The notes beneath the pieces were generated by a model. It did no database searches. It was not told where the DNA came from and was given only the letters and a program-made list of their open reading frames with translations. The position numbers and the translations under genes are program-made. Positions 17,059 through 24,298 of a stretch of 32,000 nucleotides of DNA are shown here, piece by piece. Positions within the stretch are counted from its first letter, which is position 1, and the number at the start of each line of letters is the position of its first letter. Source of the DNA: Candidatus Jordarchaeales archaeon (GTDB lineage Archaea; Asgardarchaeota; Jordiarchaeia; Jordiarchaeales; Freyrarchaeaceae); the NCBI GenBank assembly GCA_038858525.1, contig JAWCFL010000005.1:30001-62000 (forward strand), given 5' to 3'.

Positions 17059-17257
17059 GGGGGCGTAGCGCAGCTAGAACGGCTTATAAAAAGTGGTAAA
17101 GTAGCGCGGCTGGCTCCAGAAGCAATGAGAACAAACTGGTGCGCTGACCGGAGATGATGACCTTCTGGAGCTCCGAGCTGGAGAGGAGTACCCCCAGAAG
17201 CACCAGTTGGTCGTGGGTTCACCCTTTACAGGGGGCCTTAAAGTCCCACCGCCCCCA
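17059..17257 (+). tRNA. tRNA-Trp(CCA) with four introns: 17078-17100 (18/19), 17120-17201 (37/38, containing nested 17184-17199) and 17221-17240 (56/57)
   Basis: Spliced product: GGGGGCG TA GCGC AGCTAG|GTA GCGC G GCTGG CT CCA G|A CCAGT TGGTC GTGGG TTC|AAGT CCCAC CGCCCCC A. This is a 74-nt canonical cloverleaf (199-23-82-20=74). Confidence 0.93.
17121..17179 (+). ncRNA. Intron-encoded box C/D guide RNA for tRNA-Trp Cm34 and Cm39
   Basis: AGC stem, C ATGAGAA, 12-nt guide CAAACTGGTGCG, D' CTGA, spacer, C' ATGATGA, 12-nt guide CCTTCTGGAGCT, D CCGA, GCT stem. The N+5 rule lands on C39 (17203) and C34 (17116). Confidence 0.92.
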
Positions 17258-17274
17258 TCAAGTTCACTATTTTT

Positions 17275-17961
17275 CTACTTTAATTCGCGATACTTAGGCT
17301 TCGCTCTGCCCGGAAGCTTTTCCCTAATCATTACGATTTTCTCCGGCTCAAATACTCCACACATGAACTCCGTAATCTGTTGTTCCTTTCTTTTTGCTTC
17401 ATGTATGTTGGGGTAGATCCTTCCTGCAGCTTCTTCATCTTCGTTGCTTAGCGTGCATGCGATGACCGCCCTGTCGAACTCGTCGAGCTGGGTGATGTTT
17501 CTCTCAAATGTCTCAGCAGCTCTCCATGACAAATGAATCATACGGATCCAGTTAAGCCAGCGAGTGTAAAAGTGTGCCTCCTCTGTTTCAGGAGTTCCTT
17601 TTGGGTTGCGGAACTCGCACTCATTCCACCATGGTATCTTCGCGTTAAGCCTTATTGCATGGTCATAAAGTCCCGTATTTATCAACTCGTCAACTAGCCG
17701 CCCGAAAACTAGGAGGTATGCTCCCGCCCTTTCATTGCCTCCTTCGTCGAAAAGCCTCTTACCCATGGAGACCATTTCCTCATCTATTTCTCTCGCAAGT
17801 CTCTCCGCAGCTTCAACTATCCTCCTGAACTTTTCCTCTTCACCTATGTCTCCCATTCTGAGTTTTTCAAGGCTTAAAGACCTAACTAATTCAACTGCTT
17901 CATCAGACAAAAGCAGTTTGAGAATTCTTTCGAAGTTCTCGTCGAACCTATCTCTCCTCAT
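17275..17961 (-). CDS. Hypothetical helical protein, no family recognised
   Basis: 228-aa ORF with RBS GGGGGAGG and natural composition, convergent on tRNA-Trp. Confidence 0.8.
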   Translation of the reverse strand: MRRDRFDENFERILKLLLSDEAVELVRSLSLEKLRMGDIGEEEKFRRIVEAAERLAREIDEEMVSMGKRLFDEGGNERAGAYLLVFGRLVDELINTGLYDHAIRLNAKIPWWNECEFRNPKGTPETEEAHFYTRWLNWIRMIHLSWRAAETFERNITQLDEFDRAVIACTLSNEDEEAAGRIYPNIHEAKRKEQQITEFMCGVFEPEKIVMIREKLPGRAKPKYRELK

Positions 17962-18347
17962 CCTCCCCCCCGCAGCTTCTTCAATAGTTAAATTTCATTT
18001 ATTTTGCATAAACACTGCCTCACATATTTGACTTGCACTCAATGTTAAGCCTCCCGCTTAATTTTCCGTAAATTTATTTTAACTTCAAATTTTGGATCAA
18101 ATAACGCTACACTTTATTGTTAATTTTATTTATGTTACGTCGCCATTAACTTTTTTATATGTCTTTAATGGTGTTGATTTAATGGAGTTGATACCGTTGT
18201 ATTAACTTTCCGTCCTGCGTATTCTTTCTCTAGCAAAAATTATGATGATCTTTGGTGTAGGGCGAAACTTGCTTGATTAACGTTTTTTCTTGAAGGTTTA
18301 AGGAAAGGTTTTTATCTCACTTGTTCGGGTTTTCTTTAGGTTAACTG

Positions 18348-18962
18348 TTGGAAAGGGAGGAGTTAAATGTGCGTTTATGGTTACTTGATATTCTTGCTTG
18401 TCCGGCTGATGGATGTAAGCATTATCCATTAAAGCTTTCGATATTCGAGTGGGAGGACGATAGCGCAAAACGAATATTAAATGCAGGTGAGTCCTACGCT
18501 AAGGGTGATGTTGGAAATATGAAGAAAGAGTTGAAAGGTAGCGTTAAAGTTGATAAAGCTAAGGAAATAGTGGAGGATGAGTTAGCTAGGTCGTCTATGG
18601 AAGTAAATAAGTATATCTCTCTCTTTAAGGAGAAAGTGAATAGCATTTTTAGGAACGTAGTTGTAGATGAAACTGGGGCCTCTACTCAGTTAATAAACGC
18701 GATAATTAACTTCAACCCTCCTTCTAGCCTTGATGAGCCGTTCGAGAAAGCTATATACCTCGCTAATTGGCTTGCCTTCAAGGTGAACGTGCAAAGCGGG
18801 ATTTTAGTTTGCGAGAAATGCGGCCGCTTCTATCCGATAATAGAGACGATCCCCCATATGTTACCTGACGACTTGAGAGACAAAAAGGAGGATAAAGAGT
18901 TCCTTTCGAAGTGGCGGAAGTTTGTTCCAAAAAAGATACTAGAAGCGGAAGGCATCACGTAG
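18348..18962 (+). CDS. trm112: Trm112-family methyltransferase activator, long form with helical insertion
   Basis: RLWLLDILACP...HYPLKL at the N-terminus and VQSGILVCEKCGRFYPIIETIPHMLPD at the C-terminus. Probable start is the GTG at 18369, after GGGAGGAG. Confidence 0.88.
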   Translation: MEREELNVRLWLLDILACPADGCKHYPLKLSIFEWEDDSAKRILNAGESYAKGDVGNMKKELKGSVKVDKAKEIVEDELARSSMEVNKYISLFKEKVNSIFRNVVVDETGASTQLINAIINFNPPSSLDEPFEKAIYLANWLAFKVNVQSGILVCEKCGRFYPIIETIPHMLPDDLRDKKEDKEFLSKWRKFVPKKILEAEGIT

Positions 18963-18974
18963 CTTCACTCCCCA

Positions 18975-20135
18975 CTAAAATAACGGGGCATACTTTGAAA
19001 CGGTCTCTTTCATCTTTTTCACGGTCTCCTTGACCACTGCGAGTATCCTTTCCCTTTCATGGGTTAATGGTGGCTTATCCTGATCATACATGGTGTCAGG
19101 GTCCTTTGGCACATCACCAAGCTCAAGCGCCATCTTGATATAGAGCTCCCTCCACGATGAAGGTGTATACTCCGGAGGTTTAACTCCCAGTAATTTACAT
19201 GTCATCAGGGTCCACGCCTTAGCAGTGCATCCTATTTCATATCCTCCCCCGCCAAAAAGTATCAATTTTCCATCAGTAGCCTCATGTGCTAAGTTATGAA
19301 GTGTCTCCATTATTTTTTCGTAGCAATCTAGCGTGAGTGCTTCAGTCGTTAATGGATCCCTGAAGTGAGTGTCAACACCGCATTGCTGCATTATCATGTC
19401 AGGTTCGTATGACTCCACAAGTGGAGGAACCACCTCGTTGTATGCATAAAGGTAAGCCTCGGTAAACGTTAGAGGCGGCAGAGGAACGTTCACACAGTAT
19501 CCTTTACCTTCACCTTCACCGACCTCGTCTATGAACCCCGTACCGGGATACAGGAATCGTCCGTCTTCATGGAAGGAAACCGTTAGTACGCTCGGGTCGT
19601 GATAAAATGTCTCCTGAGTCCCATCTCCATGGTGGCAATCTATGTCTACTATCATTATCCTTTTCAAACCATACTTCTTCTGAAGATACCTTGCAGTTAT
19701 GGCGACGTCATTAAAAACACAGAAGCCAGCCCCCCTATCCCTAGCAGCATGATGCAGTCCTCCACCCGGATTGAACGCGTGAATCGCCTCCCCCTCCATG
19801 ACTAGCTCAGCAGCTTTCAGTGAGCCGCCTACAAGCATCGCTGACGCACTAAACATCCCCTTAAAAGCTGGTGTGTCACCGTAATCCAAGTATCCTACAC
19901 CTTTTTCATCCAACCTCTTGACGCGTTGCAAATACTCTTCACTGTGAACTAACTTTAGCTCCTCCTCGTTTGCCATCCTAGCCTCTGCAACATAAAGATC
20001 AGGGTGTTCTAGAATTCCTATTTCCCTCATGAGTTCCAGCATAAGTGTTAGCCTCTGAGGGCGTAGCGGGTGCTCAGGGCCAAGGAAATATTTAAGGTAT
20101 TCGTCCGAGTAGACAAGTGCTACTTTTCCACCCAA
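18975..20135 (-). CDS. Zn-dependent histone deacetylase family protein (AcuC-like, class I-related)
   Basis: HPLRPQR, GDTPAF, GGGLHHA, GFCVFND, DIDCHHGDGTQ, SFHE, YPGTG, GVDTHFRDPL, GGGGY. Confidence 0.97.
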   Translation of the reverse strand: MGGKVALVYSDEYLKYFLGPEHPLRPQRLTLMLELMREIGILEHPDLYVAEARMANEEELKLVHSEEYLQRVKRLDEKGVGYLDYGDTPAFKGMFSASAMLVGGSLKAAELVMEGEAIHAFNPGGGLHHAARDRGAGFCVFNDVAITARYLQKKYGLKRIMIVDIDCHHGDGTQETFYHDPSVLTVSFHEDGRFLYPGTGFIDEVGEGEGKGYCVNVPLPPLTFTEAYLYAYNEVVPPLVESYEPDMIMQQCGVDTHFRDPLTTEALTLDCYEKIMETLHNLAHEATDGKLILFGGGGYEIGCTAKAWTLMTCKLLGVKPPEYTPSSWRELYIKMALELGDVPKDPDTMYDQDKPPLTHERERILAVVKETVKKMKETVSKYAPLF

Positions 20136-20344
20136 TATAGGAGACCTCCATTCCTCTCTTTAAACTCGAAATTTTCTCCTTAAAAACAATGCACAAATAG
20201 ACTAAGCGATAAATAAACCATCCTCCTTTTAGAGGATGCACTTGGGCTTTAGCTATTTACTTAAGTTTAACATTGTGACGAATGAAAGTTAAAAATTGTA
20301 TGGGTGGATACAATGAAGGAACTGCGAAAGCATTCGGAGGTTGA

Positions 20345-20371
20345 TTTGTTGATATATGTTTGTTGATATAT
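20345..20371. repeat. Direct repeat TTTGTTGATATAT x2 (14-nt period)
   Basis: Exact 13-nt copies at 20345-20357 and 20359-20371, in the intergenic region upstream of the deacetylase. Confidence 0.7.
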
Positions 20372-20469
20372 AATAGGAACAAGTTTTTGTCTCTCGCTAA
20401 AGTAGACGAGTAGAAAAATTACACAGAAAAATGGTTAAACTCACAATTTTAAAAGAGAAAAGAAGAGCA

Positions 20470-20904
20470 TTAATGGACAACAAGTACGTCCTTGTCACTC
20501 CAGCGCATTACTTTCTGAGTAGTGCTTCCGAGAACTACGCGTTTGACGCCAGTTAGCCCCCTCGTTCCTATGGCTATAAGGTCGACGTTTTCATTGTTGG
20601 CTTCGTCAACTATTTTTTCTGCTGGGTCTCCGAAGGCTACCTTCTTCACAACGTCCTCTACTCCCTTCTTCTTGGCTTTTTTCTCGGCTTCCACGAGCAG
20701 TTTTTCAGCTGTTTGTTCTAAGTGACTTTTGACAAGGGCATACGACGACTCAGAGTATTGCTTCACTAATTCAAGCTCCTCAGTTTTTATGACGTTCAAC
20801 AAGATTATCTGAGAGTTAAATGCCTTAGCGAGGTTTATCGCTTTATCCAACGCCCTCTCAGAGTATTCTGATCCATCTAAGGCGACAAGTATCTTCTTGT
20901 ACAA
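20470..20904 (-). CDS. Universal stress protein (Usp)
   Basis: YKKILVALDGSEYS...GDPAEKI...DLIAIGTRG...LGSTTQKV. Confidence 0.97.
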   Translation of the reverse strand: MYKKILVALDGSEYSERALDKAINLAKAFNSQIILLNVIKTEELELVKQYSESSYALVKSHLEQTAEKLLVEAEKKAKKKGVEDVVKKVAFGDPAEKIVDEANNENVDLIAIGTRGLTGVKRVVLGSTTQKVMRWSDKDVLVVH

Positions 20905-20952
20905 GCAACCACCCCAAAGAAGTAAGATTAATCTTTTTTTAAAATCTTATTC

Positions 20953-21240
20953 TTAGCCACCATGGGTTACACTCAGCACAGTTACAACGTCTCCATCGTT
21001 CACCTTTGTATTTAGCCCCTCGAGCACCCTTACATCTCTTTCGTTAAGCAATACAAGCATTCCCGGAGCCACTCCTCCTCCATTGACAACCATGCAGTAA
21101 GCCTCTTTACTAAGAGCTGACGAGAGGACGTCTCTAACAGACGTTCCGTTCTCCACTTTTACATTTAAACTTCTGGCTCCAACTACTCTTGCTAGCCTTA
21201 ATGGAAGCTCAACCTTAACCTCCATATGCCTCCCCGTCAC
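20953..21240 (-). CDS. MoaD/ThiS/SAMP ubiquitin-like beta-grasp protein
   Basis: LVLLNERDV...GLNTKVNDGDVVTVLSVTHGG with C-terminal diglycine. Confidence 0.93.
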   Translation of the reverse strand: MTGRHMEVKVELPLRLARVVGARSLNVKVENGTSVRDVLSSALSKEAYCMVVNGGGVAPGMLVLLNERDVRVLEGLNTKVNDGDVVTVLSVTHGG

Positions 21241-21262
21241 AGCGCCAAGAAGTCATATACCG

Positions 21263-21328
21263 TCATCAGAGGAGATGCATCTCCTCACAGCCGAGCTACG
21301 GCTCAGAGTAGGTCAATCTCCTCATCAA
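21263..21328 (-). ncRNA. Box C/D guide sRNA, D guide predicted for the 16S rRNA GAGGAGGUGCAU region
   Basis: Minus strand: C ATGAGGA (overlapping TTGATGA), 12-nt guide GATTGACCTACT, D' CTGA, hairpin GCCG-TAGCT-CGGC, C' GTGAGGA, 12-nt guide GATGCATCTCCT, D CTGA. Confidence 0.8.
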
Positions 21329-21365
21329 TTATACCGATGAACGCTCAAATCTATAAAGCTAGCGT

Positions 21366-22535
21366 TCACCTCAACACTGCCCTAACTCTTCTTAAGGCTA
21401 CGAGGGGAAGCGCCTCAAGTATGACTCTTCTGCATCCCTTACGGCCAACGAGAAGGTCTGAGACTAATCTTTGAAGCAATTTTGACGTCACATCTAAACT
21501 CTCTCCGCCTCTTCTTTTAAGGAAGAGATCCCTAAGCCAAAGGCTCCATTTTAACTCGCCTCCAATCTCCCTCCTAAGTCGCTCACCATACTTCGTCATA
21601 CAATTCCATTCTTCCTCGTAAGATTCAATTATGGTTTCAGCGCCCATTCTCCCGCTTTCCATCGCAAAATACATGCCCTCACCAGTTATCGCCGAAACCG
21701 CTCCCGCAGCATCCCCAAGAGCAATCCATCTCTCCCCACAAATAGTCTTTAGAAGGCCTGAAAGAGGAACTACTGCGGTCTCGAACTTTAGAATTCTCCC
21801 CCCTTTAAGCTTGGGCTTTACTAAGGGGTGGCCTCTAACTAAATGGTCTAAGTAATTCTTGAGTGGGACTTTAACTTTTGAGAGTAGCGCCCCCACACCG
21901 ACCACCAACGAATTTCTTCTCGGAAAAATCCAAGCGTAGCCAAAAGGTGAGACCTCGCTACCATAGTAGAAGAAGTTTCTGTCTCCGAACAACATATCAA
22001 TATTCCCTTCACTGACCTCTATAATATACTGGACGCATAACCCCAGCTGGTCTCTCCTCCATTTCCACCCTGAACTTCTCCTTGAAAGCGAGAAGACTCC
22101 ATCAGCAAACACGACTGCGTCGCACTCGTAACTTCCGTTTCCATGGCAGGAAACACCTTGACTACTAAACAAAACCTCGTTCACTTTCTCCCCTCTGACA
22201 ATTACCCCTCCCTCTCCCTCTACTCTTTCAGCTAAGTAGAGTCCAAGCTTTGTTCTGTCGACGTTCATCCCCACTCGCTCGTGATAGTCAACATTAAACT
22301 GCTTGTCGCCTACGGAAACGGCGACGCCATACAGCTCTCTTTCGGCAACATCCAAGCTAATTCTGAATTTTTTAACGGCTCTCTCGGTAAGCATTCCTCC
22401 ACAAGGCTTCTCCCTGTTCGGCGTCTCCCTCTTATCAGTGACCACCACTCTCAAACCGGCTTTCGCCAAGTGTTCACCGCAAATTAATCCAGCAGGTCCA
22501 CCTCCCACGATCACAACGTCGGCTCTCATTTTCAT
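21366..22535 (-). CDS. Geranylgeranyl reductase family FAD-dependent oxidoreductase
   Basis: VGGGPAG Rossmann motif, KPCGG, VDRTKL, FADG, GYAWIFP, LGDAAG...GEGMYFAM. Confidence 0.93.
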   Translation of the reverse strand: MKMRADVVIVGGGPAGLICGEHLAKAGLRVVVTDKRETPNREKPCGGMLTERAVKKFRISLDVAERELYGVAVSVGDKQFNVDYHERVGMNVDRTKLGLYLAERVEGEGGVIVRGEKVNEVLFSSQGVSCHGNGSYECDAVVFADGVFSLSRRSSGWKWRRDQLGLCVQYIIEVSEGNIDMLFGDRNFFYYGSEVSPFGYAWIFPRRNSLVVGVGALLSKVKVPLKNYLDHLVRGHPLVKPKLKGGRILKFETAVVPLSGLLKTICGERWIALGDAAGAVSAITGEGMYFAMESGRMGAETIIESYEEEWNCMTKYGERLRREIGGELKWSLWLRDLFLKRRGGESLDVTSKLLQRLVSDLLVGRKGCRRVILEALPLVALRRVRAVLR

Positions 22536-22542
22536 TAATCCC

Positions 22543-23307
22543 CTAAACCTCTAATTCGGAGAGCGCCTCAAGAGCGGTTTCAACGGCATGATCGAGTCCA
22601 TCAATCACTTTTCTACCTAGGCAGTCAAAGAAATCTTTTCCTTCAATAGGCTTATCGCTTACCGCCACTATTGCACCGCACTTGACGCCATAAATAGAGC
22701 ACACTGCAAACAATGCAGCTGTCTCCATGTCTATTCCAATGCAGCCGGCCTCAACCGCCCTCCGCAAATCTTCCATTTCTCTAAAGAAGACGTCGGTCGT
22801 CCAGATTGAACCCAAATGCGTCCTCCAACCTTTGCTTAACGCCGCACTGAAGAGAACACTCGTCACGTCACGGCTTCCCTCGACAATGGCTTCATTAATG
22901 TACCGCTTAGAAGTCCCGTCCCCTGTAAAAGCCCTCTCAGCTACTATAAGATCACCCAGTTTAATATTCTCCTTAACGGCGCCAGCGAAATCGCTTCTCA
23001 CCACTACACGAACACCCGCCCTATGAAGTGCCTCCAGTGCCACAGCAGTCGCTGGACACCCTATTCCAGTGTGCACAATGGAGATGGCGACGCCACCATA
23101 ATACCCGTGAAAGGTCTCTCCCCTCCTCTCAGCTTTTTCGAGGAGCCGAACTGCTCTCCTGGTAGCTATCCTCGTTGCAGTTAAGAGGACACGCCTTTCC
23201 ACTTTACCCGGTCTGCAGCCGAGAATAGCGTAGACTTCTCTCACTTGTTTAGGAACTGCCCTCAGAAGACTAGCGGCCGCCTTCAAACAACCCCTCCGGT
23301 AATTCAA
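22543..23307 (-). CDS. PNP/UDP phosphorylase family nucleosidase (DeoD-like, divergent)
   Basis: TGIGCPAT...EAL...GDLIV...GDGTS...WTTDVFFRE...IDMETAALF...VSD. Confidence 0.9.
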   Translation of the reverse strand: MNYRRGCLKAAASLLRAVPKQVREVYAILGCRPGKVERRVLLTATRIATRRAVRLLEKAERRGETFHGYYGGVAISIVHTGIGCPATAVALEALHRAGVRVVVRSDFAGAVKENIKLGDLIVAERAFTGDGTSKRYINEAIVEGSRDVTSVLFSAALSKGWRTHLGSIWTTDVFFREMEDLRRAVEAGCIGIDMETAALFAVCSIYGVKCGAIVAVSDKPIEGKDFFDCLGRKVIDGLDHAVETALEALSELEV

Positions 23308-23335
23308 GATGGAACATGAAGCACAAGATGCGAAA

Positions 23336-24199
23336 TTATGTCAAGAAAGTCAAGATAACTTTCGCTTCGTCACTGAAGGCTCCCGAGAAGAAAATAAATT
23401 GGCGAAGTATTCTACTGGGCTCTGAGGGCTGTGGCACCCTACCAGTTAAGCCATGAAGAGCTACGCTTATCGGGTCAAAGAACATTGCCGCCAACAAGAG
23501 TATGCACGCAGCCGTCATTATGCTAGTTAGCAACATGAGAAGAATGAAAGGTCTCCTAGCAATGCTTCCTTTAAAGCGTGTTGCCAGAACCGAGGCCATT
23601 ATGGCCGTAAGAATAAGCGCATATATGGCGTACTGCCCTTCAACTGTAGCCAGAGTGATTATCAAGGTGAACATAACCGACGAGATAGCTATAGCCGCGT
23701 AGTCCGTCACTGCCAACTTCTCCTCTTCTCTATGCCACGCCTCCAGTAGTATTCCTCCCACCATAAGTCCGAAGAACCCTGTGTAAACAAGCTGATGCCC
23801 CAGTATTTCGTCAAGGTAATATGTCGGAACATATATCGCAGAAAGGTAGACGAGCACTTCAGGGCTGGTGGCCACCCTCGAAGCCATGAAAAGCATAATT
23901 TCGTTCTCAGCCATTGTAACCTCAACTTTATTTGCGGCAAAGTGCAAACCGTAGCCGACAAAGAACAGCATGAGAGATAAAAGGAGTAAAACATCCAAGG
24001 ATGTCCTTTTCCATCCTTCTCTGCAGACACCCTTCGAGAGAACTCTATAGAAGCCATAGAACATGAAAGCCATGTAGGGCGCTTGAACAGCAAGCTCGAA
24101 CCATTCACTGAACCCGCCAAAGTTAGCCACAAAAGAAACTATGAAGAACGACCCTATAAGCACCAGAGACCACTTAGCCACCTTATTCAATGGGACCAC
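23336..24199 (-). CDS. Polytopic membrane protein, about 7-8 TM helices
   Basis: Multiple hydrophobic helices with polar GYGLHFAAN and YYLDEILGH motifs. Confidence 0.82.
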   Translation of the reverse strand: MVPLNKVAKWSLVLIGSFFIVSFVANFGGFSEWFELAVQAPYMAFMFYGFYRVLSKGVCREGWKRTSLDVLLLLSLMLFFVGYGLHFAANKVEVTMAENEIMLFMASRVATSPEVLVYLSAIYVPTYYLDEILGHQLVYTGFFGLMVGGILLEAWHREEEKLAVTDYAAIAISSVMFTLIITLATVEGQYAIYALILTAIMASVLATRFKGSIARRPFILLMLLTSIMTAACILLLAAMFFDPISVALHGLTGRVPQPSEPSRILRQFIFFSGAFSDEAKVILTFLT

Positions 24200-24298
24200 C
24201 TCTCTTTAAGAGAGGCTTGCATATAAATTAGAGTTTCGCTTACTTAAACACGATAAACTAAAATCTCTGTGGCCCCTTCATTTTAGGAAGGTGAAAAA

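Noticed and set aside
16989-17416. ORFs 16989-17222 (-) and 17207-17416 (+)
   Set aside because: They overlap the tRNA-Trp gene and the 17275-17961 CDS, so they are shadows.
18241-18294. Possible third free-standing C/D sRNA starting at ATGATGA
   Set aside because: The D and D' boxes are degenerate (GCGA, TTGA), the spacing is irregular and no target is recognisable.
15143-18347. Integrated element or prophage at a tRNA 3' end
   Set aside because: I found no integrase, no duplicated tRNA 3' segment (att site) and no viral hallmark genes.
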